Positions 50,679-63,781 of a stretch of DNA of 64,000 bases are shown here, one piece after another (positions within the stretch are counted from its first letter, which is position 1; every line of letters begins with the position of its first letter). Source of the stretch: Rhina ancylostomus (taxonomy: Eukaryota); NCBI GenBank assembly GCA_030265395.1, contig JARFYF010000017.1, forward strand, positions 42,839,889-42,903,888, read 5' to 3'. A model generated the notes under the pieces. The model had not been told where the DNA came from. It made no database searches and worked only from the letters and a program-made list of their open reading frames with translations. A program made the position numbers and the translations under genes.

Positions 50679-53600
50679 GTAAGTGCAGATTTTAAAGCAA
50701 TAGGCTCATTTTGGAGTGTGTTTATGCTTCAAACTCCTGATGTTTCAGTATCCAATCCACATTGGAATTTTACAGTGTAACCTTTTGTCTAACAGTACTC
50801 TCAAAACTCGGCATGTTAGTTCTGACTCAGTTGTGTTGATGCACAAGTTTTTTTTAAAGAAAATAATTAAAAAAGGGTTATGAAACATTGGTCTTTATCA
50901 CAAAGGGGTTGTAATACCTTCTGTCCTGTCTGGAGTATTGTGTCCACCACCCCATCCCCAATAGCAAATTTCCTGCATACTTATGCCCAGTACCATATTA
51001 AATTCAAGTTCTGAAGATTGCAAAATTGTGGACATCACTGAGCTACGTATATAACCACAATGCACCCAAGAACACCAAAAGTTCAAAAGCTGTTGATCAA
51101 TTCCTCTTCTTGAGCATAGCTCTTCTTTGAAAACTTGTTGTTTCATGTTCTTGTTGCGATATCATGTGAGTTGCCTCCAACTGTGAATGCTCAGAGACTT
51201 CCTTCAAAATAACCTTGGACTTTCAAGTACGGCAAGTCACAGTAACTTTTTCTGGTGCTTCATTACAGTGTTTTGAGTTTTTAAAATATTTCTATGTAGA
51301 AATGTGTTCAGTGTAGTGTGTTCCTTTTAATGAATTTTAGTGAGACAGGGCATTAGTCAAAGTAGAAACTTCTCTGATTGCAGGTCCATTAACACGTGTG
51401 TTTGCCTGAAAGCCATGCCCCAAAAGTGGGGGCCCCATGCCGGTTTGTCCCTGTGCAATAATTTGTGTCTTTAAACATTATCAATCAGTCTGCTTTTTGC
51501 ATTCATGTGCAATAACCATCTATGATTGAAGTCGTAATGGAAGACGCTCCCTACCTCCAACCACTGCGAAATGTCACTGAAGTGCTCAGATCAGCCATGG
51601 GGAGCCACACACACAGCTGATTTTACAGTGTGCTGGCTTGTCATACTCGACAGGAACCCTGAATCTTGAGCATTGCGTACTCAGGCATTCTAGAAACCTA
51701 GGTCCAAGATGAAAGAGCAGTTGGGAGGAGTTTGCATGGGGGATACTGTCAAGAGTGATGTATCAATGTTGGAAGGAGTTTAATCACGTCACATGAACAG
51801 TTCAAGGATGAGCACATCACTGAATTTCTCCTACCAGCAAGTGTATAACCACACCAACGCCTTCCATTGGAGCTGTCACCTAACTATAATCTCTTTCCAT
51901 CACTATTCCCAAACACACTCTTGCACACTTGCCACCAGTTCGACCCCCCCCCACACATAACTCCTACCTTGTACACACTTCCAGCTTGTCAGCAACAATT
52001 ATCATTTTTCCTTGCATATCTGATTTAGATGTGACATTCTCATGTGCTGTATCCCGTCATGCCAATGTTATCCTTTGTTGTTATTCTTTCAGATAACTAA
52101 GACATCAGTAATGATGATGACAGCACCTCGTCATTAAAACTTAACACGTCCCATTTACACCTACAGTCACCAGCTCAGAAGCAGGCTTTCTGAATAGCAG
52201 GTGGTGGTTCAAAGGTGGGTCACTGGACACAAGTGAATTTCAGGCAGGCCAGAGGAAATTGTAGCTCAGATGCCAGCATCCCGAAGGTGAGGTTGCACTC
52301 CCTCAGTGAAGACCATGATGACTTCACCAGAGGTTTTTGTATATGCATATAGAGATGCTTGGACCATTCAGATCTACACAAAATGTAATCAAGCGTGGGG
52401 GAAACCCAGCTTTAAACTTGTACACAGGTTTACGTAGAGCTTGGAGTCCACCTGTTTCAGTATGGAATCATGGTCGTCTCCATGTCAGTATGATCACAAA
52501 ACCTATTCGATAAAATTTCAAATTCTATGAGAATACAGGCAGAAGTCCAGCATTTTGTGGAGATTGAGACTTCTGCCACTCAATCTCAAATTGCTGTAAT
52601 TGCGGCTTTAGATTCCACATGGGCTCATTCAGACAAGGGAGGATCGGCGAAGGCATGCAGAATACAGGCACTAAGGTAGTGCACACTGACAGGACAACAA
52701 TTCCTTGCTATTGGTATGATTGCAAGTACAAAATCACTTATCATGTTGGTTTGAATGGTTGTTCTATTTATGATTAATGCTCAGGCAAACAAAGTTGACC
52801 CGTACCAGAGGAATGGCAGTTTGGGAACTGACACTGGGGTTTGAGTTTCTCTTTGTGATCACTTAAGGGAGCTGGGCATCACTGGGAGCTGAGCACGTAT
52901 TAATATCTCTCAGTAAACGTAATGAAGACATGCCTTCCATGTCCACTGCATCGCTCCCTGGGATTGTTCGGTAGCTTCAACGCAGTGAATAAGCAAGCAC
53001 AAAGGAATGAAGATTATATTCCTCAATTAGTATGACATTAGAATTTCCAGGTGACCTAGATGGTAAGTGGCGATTTTCTATGTACTGTGGAAGAAACAGT
53101 AATAGGTTGTGACCAACCATCTTGTGCATAAGGTACACTGCTGTGTTGCATCAGTGGTGGACTAGTGTATGTTCCCAGTGGACTTAGCAATGCTGTGAGC
53201 TGATGTACTGAATGAGTTAAAGCTTCATCGCCTTTCCAACTGCATTAAAAGAGGGAAATAGATGATGTGCCACTTGGAGTGTAATGTGTAGGTGGCAAAG
53301 GGAATTTAAGAATCATCAGGTGACAAAGTTGAATAACTGTGTCGAAAGATTAGTAAGTAGATAAATGCCTAGATGAGTACAAGGGGATTGAGAAGTAACA
53401 ATAAAAGTGTGTACAATTGAATGCAGTAGGGGAAGTAGTTAGCATGGGGTGAGGGAATAGAGGGATTATGGATACAATGAGTATTTAAGTAATTTGCATT
53501 AATCAATGAGTAAATAGTGTCTATTCTAACCAGCATCATCCTATTGCCTCAGTGCTCACCAGCCTACAGAAACATCTCAACTTTAAAGTTTTCATCCACG

Positions 53601-55702
53601 TTAATAAATCTCTCCTGATAATCATCCCTATCCTATCTCTGCTCCTGGAACCCTCTGAAATCTATTAGTTCTTGGGGTTTAGACTTATGTGCATTGTGAA
53701 GTTATGTAAGGGGAGACAGGAATTTAAAAATTCAATCATGTACCACCCATTTTTCAGGCATTAATCCTGCAAAATTTATTTCTACACAAAGTAGATCACA
53801 CCAGAGAATATATCCACATTCACCCCAAATGCAAAATTTCAAACCAGAGCACAGCGTCCGACGTTTATTGGTTTGCGGGGGGGGNNNNNNNNNNNNNNNN
53901 NNNNNNNNNNNNNNNNNNNNNNNNNNNNNNNNNNNNNNNNNNNNNNNNNNNNNNNNNNNNNNNNNNNNNNNNNNNNNNNNNNNNAATGGAATTGAATGTT
54001 GTACAGTCTTCATCTTCCAGCTCTGTGATGGAAGGAAGGTCATTGATAAAGAGCTGAACCTGTTTGGCCCAAGGACGCTGCCTTGAGGAATTCTTGCACC
54101 TGCCCAACTCCAGAATGAAGCCCCATAGATTACAGTGAGTTTTCCTGCAAGACGAGCCCTGCATATCTGCCAGTAATTAAACGTCTCCTATAAATAATGC
54201 AGGTCCAGGGCATCTGTCCACTTTTCAGACCTCTTTACCATGTGTCCCCTGCACTGTATTGTGTACATAAAATGTGAATCAGTGTGGCAGTGCAGGCATG
54301 CAGTGAGTGGCGTACAAGGATTGGCTTCATTCTTCAACATGGAACTTTGCAATTCAACATTACAAGTTTGCAAGATTTACATTAACGATGCATCACAAAT
54401 TGCATTTAAAAATGGACATAAATAGAGACATGGGTGCATTAAAATCTTGACCTGCATGAAAAAATTTTGATCCTGTTTTGTTTAATGTCCACGAATGGTA
54501 TTTGAGTCAGTTGAAATTTAATATACAAAGAAGGTATGTGGTGTGCATTTGCCTCTCCTTGATTATTTAAGATAAATGATGGGCATTTGTCCATATTTTA
54601 ATCAGAAATTTAAATAGGATATGATAGATCTGAGCATGGGAATGAGAACTTTTCTGAGTCTGTTGCACCTGCAAAAGAAATTCCTAATTAGTGAGAGCTA
54701 TTAAGGTTAGTGCTCCAAGGGGCAGGAAGCAAAGGCTGATGATTGGCACTGAGNNNNNNNNNNNNNNNNNNNNNNNNNNNNNNNNNNNNNNNNNNNNNNN
54801 NNNNNNNNNNNNNNNNNNNNNNNNNNNNNNNNNNNNNNNNNNNNNNNNNNNNNGACAGATTAAAAGAGGGAAACACATAGGTACAGATGGTCAGGGCACG
54901 AGAAGCATAAGAACATGAACAAGTTACTCCTCCTGATGTGTAAAATCTGTAAGCAAATGTTATGTTTTCTTGTGAATTACATCTCTAGAACATGGCAGTG
55001 ATTTGGAGAGTTAAATTTAATATGTAGTAATTTGGACAAATCTTTCTTCAACCAGGGAACATTTAGTATCTCACTTTAGATGTAATAAAAGTGAATTTCA
55101 GCTAACTGATATAAACATGGTCCTTTATCTCTGTTACAGGGGCCAATATACAGAGCTGTCAGTAACAATCTGATAGCTTTCGCTCTCACTACCACTTCCT
55201 ATACCCATAAGAGATCTGGTTGAACCATGTTTGGTGGCAAGGTTGTTCTGCCTCTAATTCTAAACACTGGCAGGGCCTGGAGGGATGAGGGGGTGGAGAC
55301 GAGAAATCATCTCAAACCTTATTATTATCTTATGCTTTGGACTATCGATGGAGCTTTCATCAAAGTGGAATCAAAAGTAAATAGATCATCAGAGAACTGG
55401 TATACTACAGCTCATGTCACTATGCTTAAGCATTGGAAATAATTATTTTGCTCGTGTTGTTTTAACCTCCGGCAACTTGCATGTTCTCCAGTGTGATTAT
55501 TCACCTCCCACATCTCCTGGAGACTTGATTGGAAGGTGGTGAAAATAGTAAGATTCAAGCCTCTGTTTTGTTTTGGAAAGGTTTATGTATTGCATATCAA
55601 TTATTGCAGACTTTGTTTTGTGCAATTATCTTAAATTACAAGCAAGTATACTAAATGTACTAATTGTAGACAGAAAAGAACAGTCTGACCTTGTGACATT
55701 TA

Positions 55703-55972
55703 TAAGATTATAAGATTTCTTTATTAGTCACGTACATCGAAACAGCCAGTGAAATACATCTTTTGCATAGAGTGTTCTAGGGGCATCCCGCAAGTGTCGC
55801 CACTCTTCCAGCGCCAACATAGCATGCCCACAACTTCCTTGGAATGTGGGAGGAAACCAGAGCACCTGGAGGAATTCCACACAGACATTGGGAGAATGTA
55901 CAAATTCCTTATAGGCAGCAGCCAGAATTGAACCTGGGTCGCTGTAATAACATTACACTAACTGCTACACTT
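55703..55972 (-). mobile_element. V-SINE with internal deletions
   Basis: Same tail, V core (tgtgggaggaaaccagagcacctggagg) and B box (attgaacctgggtc). Confidence 0.8.
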
Positions 55973-56692
55973 GACATAAGGATTGACAAATTCACCAAAA
56001 CGAGTTTGATATTTTTACACAGTTGACAAGTTAGCAGATTTAGATAGGAAGTCTTTTAATTTTAATTCAGTTAATACATTAATGGTTTTCTCAAAGCTGC
56101 AGCAGTGATTTGAATAGCTTACATGATTTCCTCCATTTAAATTGTGCATCAAAGTTGGGTTACACTGGTAACTTACTTAGCGCTATCCCAGAAGGTGCCG
56201 ATTCTTTATAGTGTTTTTGCTCGTCCAGTCTAAATAGTCATAAGTATGTGCCACTCTTTTCTTTAAAACAAATACATCCTACTGCTATGTGCTGCTGTGC
56301 CAGATATGGAAGTCCCCTACATTTCCTGCCTGTTACTCTTGTAATTGAGGACAATTGTTGGTGCTGACAGGAGCGTGGTTTCCCATTGTGACACACATGG
56401 AGGGAGGTTTTGATGTGACTTGGGGCAAAGGCATTGGGGGAGAGCTTGCATAAGGATGTGCCAGTGTGAGGAGGATGCTTCTTAACATGGAGTGATGATG
56501 GACAAAGGACATTAATTATGGAGAAGAAACTGTTACGTAAGTGAGTTTGTGGATATCACGTGTGGTACTTATTGGAAGATGTGGCAACTTTAAACTGAGT
56601 TTAAGACAGAAATATTTGGACAGTGCTGAATGTTTTTGCATTGCATTAAATACCTTTAATACAGTTTAACTTTTCCCCACTTTCTCCTTCAG

Positions 56693-56928
56693 AATTTGGA
56701 GTGTACTGCTGTCACTGCCGCAGTGAGGGACGAGGGACACAGTGTGACATTTGCAAAGGCTTCACCTTTCAATGTGCCATCTGCCATGTTGCTGTTCGAG
56801 GATCTGCAAACTTCTGTCTTACCTGTGGGCATGGCGGCCATACTAGTCACATGATGGAGTGGTTCCGGACCCAGGAAGTGTGCCCCACAGGCTGTGGCTG
56901 CCATTGCTTGCTCGAGAGCACGTTTTGA
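56693..56928 (+). CDS. WDR59: WDR59 last coding exon 26, zinc finger/RING (EFGVYCCHCRSE...CGHGGH...CPTGCGCHCLLESTF*)
   Basis: cag|AA TTT GGA...TTT TGA; Cys/His pattern of the GATOR2 C-terminal RING; C-terminus LLESTF as in recalled human WDR59. Confidence 0.97.
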
Positions 56929-59900
56929 AAGTGGCCTGGTGTCACCCACTGTTGGTCATAGGTGACCCTGGATGGCATTCCATCTTTTGCTCTTCACTGA
57001 AGCTGTGACAGCTAGTTGAACCAAGGTGTGGAAACGTCAGCCAGTGCGAAACTTAGACTGGAGCTTCATTGTTTGAGGTGCCAGGACGAAGCCCTCAGCA
57101 TGTCAGATCATCTGGCCTCCTTTCAGAGGGTGAGGTGATGTGGATTGCACATTGTCTCACTACAATGAGTGGCCAAATTCAAAAGCAAAACTTATTTATA
57201 ATTTTATTTTAAGGAACACGAACTGAAGTTGGGTATTTGCTTCCTCGTTGGTAATGGTCAATGTGCAATGTTGTGCACACTGACTATGAAGAATGATATG
57301 CAGCTACTGCAGTGCCAGAACTGAAACGGTCACAATCGAAAAGACCCAGTTCAGCAGAAGTATTACCCCTTGAGTGGCCCGTGCAGGTCATTTGTCACAT
57401 CTTTGCTGTTGATCTATCGCATACTGCTGATGCAGCGTTTGATGCTCTTCACAAGTTGAAGAGGGATAATTAAGTTGAGCAGAGGTGCTGCCTTTATTCC
57501 TCGAAACTGGATAAAAATCCAGCACAGGCCTCCATCCACTGACTTGAAATATCCGACAGAAGAATGAGTTTGCTGGTGTTGATTGTCAGATGGGCATAAG
57601 ACCAGGGCACAGCGTCCTTGAATTTGGCACTAATTTGGGAATGTCACTCAATATGTGGGAAATTGGAAAAACATTCAGCAGGGGACCCTTTCTTATGGGG
57701 ATGTTCAGGTACAGAATATGACAGGATAAGAGGGAGCTTTACTCTAATTGTGCAGTACTTGGTACTGACACTTGATGGACTATTTCTTAAAGCTAACAGT
57801 TGTGAAGAAATGAAGTGTAGGAGGGCAGTTCTTGAACAGGTTGAATGCTGTGCCATGTTTTACTGCCTTCACTGTGATCTTAAGCAGTCCTTCCAGCAAG
57901 GTTGGCCGTTTTTGTCAGAGCTAAAGAATTCTCTGGCAACTGGCTGGTGGTAACAGATAGATCCATAGTGCTGGCAGGCAATTAAGTTAACCAGATCCTT
58001 TGCCATTGTTACTTGGATAGGACCTGTTGATTTGTGCAGGAGCTGCACAGTTCCATTGCTAACATTCTGGTTTTCACTGGGCACTTTAATATTAGATGGG
58101 AGCATGTTATCATTGCTGAGAATGTGGGACTCCAGTCCGAGCACTTTGTCTGCAGAAGCAGTGAAGCTTGGGGGAGAAGCAGCACTCGGTTTACACTTAA
58201 TTGCAGTTTAATGTGGGCACCCCATATGTAGACTCAAGTTCTTGAATATGTCGGAAATGCTGAGCGGGTCAGCAGATTTCTAGCTCTGTACAGTGTTCAA
58301 GGGATACCAGAGCTGAAGTCAATTTACTCACTGACAGTAAAATAAATAGTAAGATACTTGCAATTTTATTTGCAGAACTATCCCATTTTCCTTGGCCTCT
58401 TCAATGATGCTTAAGTTAAAGACAGAACTAATCAACAGAAGCACTGTTTGCAGCATCCTAATATTACAGTTGTATGGCCATGTTGGCTTTCNNNNNNNNN
58501 NNNNNNNNNNNNNNNNNNNNNNNNNNNNNNNNNNNNNNNNNNTGTTTTTGTAGCTTCTGTTAGTAGCTACAGCCCAGAATGGAAACCCAGTATTGTAATG
58601 GTATGAAGGGAATTGCTCGTTGTGCTGTTCACTAAAATTATCCCATTTCTATCATGTGGTGATCCAAATGGTATAGTTAACTCTGGCCCAATAGCCCAAC
58701 TGCTTGCATCTCTCCTGGCCTCATGCTCAGCGGTTTTGTTCCTCATTGCTCAGGTGTCTGGCACTCTTTATTTTCAGACAGCCTGTAAACAAGTTATAAA
58801 CTTCAAAAAATAATTTGTCTTTTTTTGTGTGTATTGTTTCTGGGAGATTGAGTTAAGTGCTGCCTGGCTGCAAGTCCAGTAAAATCCATGACACAGAGAG
58901 GGTAGATTTGTAGAAGTGCTAACAGTTGTTTCTTTAGGAAATTGCTTGCACGTAATCCATTAGTTGACAACTGAGAAATGAAGGCCACACTCGTTTTGCA
59001 CTGATTATTATAAAGGGAAGAATCCATTGGACATAAAGAAGAAGCAGAAATCTGGCTTAGTTAGAAGGGAAATGTTCAGTATTAAGGATAAAATTGGGAC
59101 TGTTATTTAAATTAGTTTGACCTTGCAAAGCCTGCTTGTTTACTTGTCATTTATCCATCTAGGCAACTCTGATTGTCCACTCTGATTCTAAAGACTGGTA
59201 AGGGAACGGGAGAGAAGAACATGGTTTGTATGGACAGTTTCTTCAATGACCAGTTAAGTGTCTGTTGACTTCATTGGTTGTAAATAAGTTTACAGCACTG
59301 TTGACCTTTGGAAAGGTGAGTTATCATCAGGCCTGTGTTTTGGAATGACCCACACACAATAAAATTGTGTGCGGGTCATTCCAAAGTTGTTGTAGTTGGC
59401 CATTCTGGGTCCATGTATTTTGGAGGTTTCATTACAGTATCTAATGGGTCATTGGCATAATACTCTTCCGTCATGAAATGGAACCCTGATTCTTTTTCTA
59501 GTTGGATGATTCTTGTCCATCATTCAAACAGCCTTTGCCCTATTGCTAATATTTTGATAGCTTATAAACAAAAGCATTTAAGTAAAATAAAAGAATCCAT
59601 TTTTAATATGATTTCCCATTGTACTGTAACTAGAGATTAATCGTTAAGATTTCAGGACAACTGGGGAAGATTGGTAACCGTAAAAGCTATGCAACCTTGA
59701 GGATTTATCTGCAATGTTTTATTCTTTGACTTGAGTGCACCTGAGGATTGCATTCACAGTTGTGGTTGGTTCCCGTTCAGTGCATTGGGCTGTGTGGCTC
59801 TGTCGTTGCAAATCCTCATGATAATATCATTAAAGTAGTCTACAATGTTAACATTGCACCATTTCTGGTGTAAAACATTTAGTGCTAAGTTACCAACTTT

Positions 59901-60170
59901 AGGAACTGAAGTTAAATTTTGTAACTAAGATATAAATTATGTACAGACACTGTAAATACAGTATTGTTGAAAGTAAATGACTGCTATAGTTTGATGTCAA
60001 CTGGCATTTGATGATCTGCCAATATGTCTGTCTCCCACCTAGAAAGGGTTTCTGCTTTTAAAAAAAGGGAAATCGAGCGTTGACTTGGTCCTAACAAGAA
60101 TTATTAACTGAAAGGGTGTGATTCATTTTGATGGGAAAAGAAGATGTAGTCCAAAATAAATGCCACAATT
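56929..60170 (+). other. WDR59: Probable long WDR59 3' UTR region (true end uncertain)
   Basis: Follows the stop codon; AU-rich stretch near 57191-57212; Pumilio-type TGTAAATA at 59279 and 59951; AATAAA at 58341, 59358, 59586 and 60155; variant AGTAAA near 59972. Confidence 0.55.
59339..59385 (+). other. 22-bp hairpin with AATAAA at its apex
   Basis: TTTGGAATGACCCACACACAAT-AAA-ATTGTGTGCGGGTCATTCCAAA; 21 of 22 pairs Watson-Crick. Confidence 0.9.
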
Positions 60171-60964
60171 TTAAGTGATGTGCAGTAAAAGAGAGACCTG
60201 GGGGCAAACAGTTGGTCCATTAAGGAAATGATCAAGATCTCAGACCTGGCACAAAATTCACAGTATACCAGACAACAGGGTTCTCTGCTCCCCTATATGC
60301 TTCTGAAACCCAGACTACCCATCGCNNNNNNNNNNATGCTGTCTCCCCACAACCATACAAATTCACTGGAAGGATAAATGAACACAAGTCAGTATCGTCT
60401 CCTTGTCTAACAAGCTCAGTTTTGAGGCTTCAGTTACACTCACTCGGGGAAGCTATGCTAGACACCAGTCACTTCATTCTGAGTTCTGTCTTCAGAAGAA
60501 ATTACCAAGTAGACTCCTGCATGACTTAATCTTGGATTCACCTGTTGGCGTCAACAAGTTTAGGAACACGCAAGTTGCCCACAATTTCCAAGGTGGAACA
60601 CAGTCAACATGCAGACCATGCGGGGTAAAGTCCAGAACTAATGCAGTTAGTGCGCAGGAAGAAGCTCTACATTCAGTGCAGAGCAGATGGGTGAATCAAA
60701 TCGTGGGATTTTAGATGACTCTTCAGATCTAATTCAGATGATAGATGATGAAATTAAGGTTAGAGAGTATAGTTAGATGAGCAAAAGGAAAGAATTGGAT
60801 TTGTCTCCAGTGCAGGCAGTGGTGGGAAGGGTGAGATAAAACTAATGTAAGTAGGGAGGGGAAGTGGGGCAGGGTGCCCAGGATCCAGCAGAAGCAGTGG
60901 GTTTGGGGTTGGTTTGATGGTTTAGGGTTGGTTTGATGCAAGCAGTAGGCAGGGTGAAAGAGAT

Positions 60965-61910
60965 GACAGAAGAATGTAGCACCCAGAAGCAGGAGTTGGC
61001 CATTCAACCCTTTATGCCTGTTCCATGCTGAATTCGATCATGTCTGATCTTTTACCTTGCCATAGCTTTCCCGCACTAACCCATATCCCTTAATATCCAA
61101 AATCCTATCAGTTACTGTCTTGAATATGCTCAAGTGACTGAGCCTCTGCAACTCTTTGGGAAGAGTATTCCAAAGATCCAGCTTCACAGTTCTCTGGGGT
61201 AGAGAATTCCAATGAATCATGACCCTCTGCAAAGAAAAAAATCCTCCTGATCCCTGTCTTAAACGTGCAGCCCCTTATTCTGAAATGATGCCCCTAGTTC
61301 CATATATCTCCACTACAAGAACCATCTCAGCATTCACCCTGTCGATGCCCTTCAGACTCTGGTATGTTTCAAAACAATTACCATTTATTTTTCTAATGTC
61401 CAGTAACCTGCACAGCCTTCCTTCATAAATCAACCCCTTCATGCTAGGTATCAACCTAGTGAACTTTCTCTGCACTGCCTCCAGTGCAAACACATCCAGC
61501 CTTTAATAATGTAAGCGAAGCTGTACACAGGGCTTTCTGTGTGGCCCACCAGTGTCCTGCAAAGTTGTGACAAAACTTACCCACTTTTGTACTCCATGTA
61601 ATAAAGACCAAAGTTCTGTTAGCTTTCCAAATTACTAGTACCTGCTTCCCCGTGCCAATCTTTTTGAGCAGCAACATTATGGAGGCTCAAAACAATTAAA
61701 TGTCTGCTTTTTCATTTTTCCTTTCTAAGTGGATGACCTTATATTTCCCCATATTATTCTCCATTTGCCAACTTAACCTATCTATATCCCTTTGTTGGCT
61801 TGTAATATGTTGCAACTTGCTAACTCAGCTATCTTTGGATAATTTGCAAATTTGGCAATAATACACATGATCCCTTCATCCAAGTCATTAATACAAATTG
61901 TAAATAGTGT
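60965..61910 (-). mobile_element. 5'-truncated CR1 LINE
   Basis: Minus-strand FTICINDLDEG...IAKFAN, LEAVQRKFTRLIP and WNSLPQ. Confidence 0.8.
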
Positions 61911-61937
61911 GTGAGTTTGGAAAGGGAGAGTGGTACT

Positions 61938-62186
61938 CTGGATCCATTGCAGATTTAGGGTGGGGGTAAAGGTTTTGATCTGAATCCAGTGCAGATTTAA
62001 AGGGAGAGGGAGAATGTTTTGAATCCAGTGCAAGAATCATGCCTGTGGTTTGAAGGGGTAGGGTGGGAGAGGGATGCTGTGGATCCAGTATATAGAAATG
62101 GATTGGGGAATGCTGTGGATCTGGTACACAGTGGGGTGGGGGTCTGCAAGGAGCACATGATGTGTAAGGTAGGTGGGGGGTGGTTG
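61938..62186. repeat. Degenerate G-rich ~36-40 bp minisatellite
   Basis: Repeated (g/t)ga(a)tccagtgcagattta...ggg units at about 61940, 61981, 62020, 62080 and 62116. Confidence 0.6.
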
Positions 62187-62999
62187 NNNNNNNNNNNNNN
62201 NNNNNNNNNNNNNNNNNNNNNNNNNNNNNNNNNNNNNNNNNNNNNNNNNNNNNNNNNNNNNNNNNNNNNNNNNNNNNNNNNNNNNNNNNNNNNNNNNNNN
62301 NNNNNNNNNNNNNNNNNNNNNNNNNNNNNNNNNNNNNNNNNNNNNNNNNNNNNNNNNNNNNNNNNNNNNNNNNNNNNNNNNNNNNNNNNNNNNNNNNNNN
62401 NNNNNNNNNNNNNNNNNNNNNNNNNNNNNNNNNNNNNNNNNNNNNNNNNNNNNNNNNNNNNNNNNNNNNNNNNNNNNNNNNNNNNNNNNNNNNNNNNNNN
62501 NNNNNNNNNNNNNNNNNNNNNNNNNNNNNNNNNNNNNNNNNNNNNNNNNNNNNNNNNNNNNNNNNNNNNNNNNNNNNNNNNNNNNNNNNNNNNNNNNNNN
62601 NNNNNNNNNNNNNNNNNNNNNNNNNNNNNNNNNNNNNNNNNNNNNNNNNNNNNNNNNNNNNNNNNNNNNNNNNNNNNNNNNNNNNNNNNNNNNNNNNNNN
62701 NNNNNNNNNNNNNNNNNNNNNNNNNNNNNNNNNNNNNNNNNNNNNNNNNNNNNNNNNNNNNNNNNNNNNNNNNNNNNNNNNNNNNNNNNNNNNNNNNNNN
62801 NNNNNNNNNNNNNNNNNNNNNNNNNNNNNNNNNNNNNNNNNNNNNNNNNNNNNNNNNNNNNNNNNNNNNNNNNNNNNNNNNNNNNNNNNNNNNNNNNNNN
62901 NNNNNNNNNNNNNNNNNNNNNNNNNNNNNNNNNNNNNNNNNNNNNNNNNNNNNNNNNNNNNNNNNNNNNNNNNNNNNNNNNNNNNNNNNNNNNNNNNNN

Positions 63000-63200
63000 G
63001 GAGTTGCTTGCGGGTGGAAGCGGAAGGCGCGGCCCCCGCCGAGCCAGGGCCCTGCCGCCTGGTCCCCGCTGTCAGCAGCGTTGCGGGAGGGCGGCCGGCG
63101 GCCTGAACACACGGTGGGATCACCCGCTGCCTGCACTTCGCCCACCCGCGTCCGTACAAGGCCCATCTCGGTCCCCAAGCCCACCTGCCTTGGTGCCCAC
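63000..63200 (+). promoter_or_regulatory. CpG-island segment at the 5' end of the downstream gene (mostly hidden in the N gap)
   Basis: Abrupt GC/CpG-rich composition against AT-rich, CpG-poor flanks. Confidence 0.75.
63001..63160 (+). CDS. SLC7A6OS: SLC7A6OS coding exon 1, partial and frameshifted as assembled
   Basis: TTG CGG GTG (g) AAG CGG AAG (g) CGC...GCC GAG CCA...CTG GTC...TTG CGG reads LRV-KRK-R..AEP..LV...LR across frames, like recalled human VLRVKRKRSAEPAEALVLACKRLR; start codon and donor not resolved. Confidence 0.5.
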
Positions 63201-63781
63201 CCCCTGTCTGCCTGCCCTGTGGCTGATCACACTGTTGCTCATCCCTTGTCTACCTGTCTGTACGCCCCTCTGCTCACCTCAAGCCCGTCCATCCCTCTTC
63301 TCCCCCTCACCGGCCTGCCTTGGTGCCCAAACCAGCTCCACACTCAGTGGGGCGTGAATTTCTTTGTAATGTTTCTCAGCTGAGAAATTTTTGTGTGTGA
63401 TCGCTGAGGGTCAATTTTGGAGCAAATATTAGCAAGGCATGCAGTTGCTTTAAGTCCTGCTTTGAGTAGCAGTGATCAGAGAAATTCCCTGTGTCCTGTT
63501 TGTGACTCCATTTAACAAAAAAAAACAATTGATGGCAGCAACGTAACTCCCAGACCTCACTTATTTCTAGAATCTGTTTTTTTTGGCTTGGAATACACTT
63601 TCTCAGCACTTCTTTTTCATCTGTGATACTATGGACATTCTCTGACTCTCTTTGATCAGTGGACGAGGACTCTGAAGAGATTGTATTAATTTTCCCTCAC
63701 AAAAAGTGAATAATCTGCACAAGCAAATTGATAAATTGTATACTGTAACCGCAGAGTTTGACTGTGGCACTGTCTATGTAG

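Noticed and set aside
51400-52650. Unique-looking stretch with an acceptor at about 52092, possibly a decayed DNA transposon or hidden exon
   Set aside because: A stop follows within three codons in the WDR59 frame and I found no recognisable protein motif; cannot be classified by eye.
56689-56949. Minus-strand 86-aa ORF
   Set aside because: Antisense shadow of WDR59 exon 26.
56926-56975. Possible stop-codon readthrough or selenocysteine recoding at the TGA, with a short downstream stem (gtcacc/ggtgac)
   Set aside because: The context is TGA-AAG, not TGA-CTA(G); the stem is short; the C-terminus matches recalled orthologues; no SECIS recognised.
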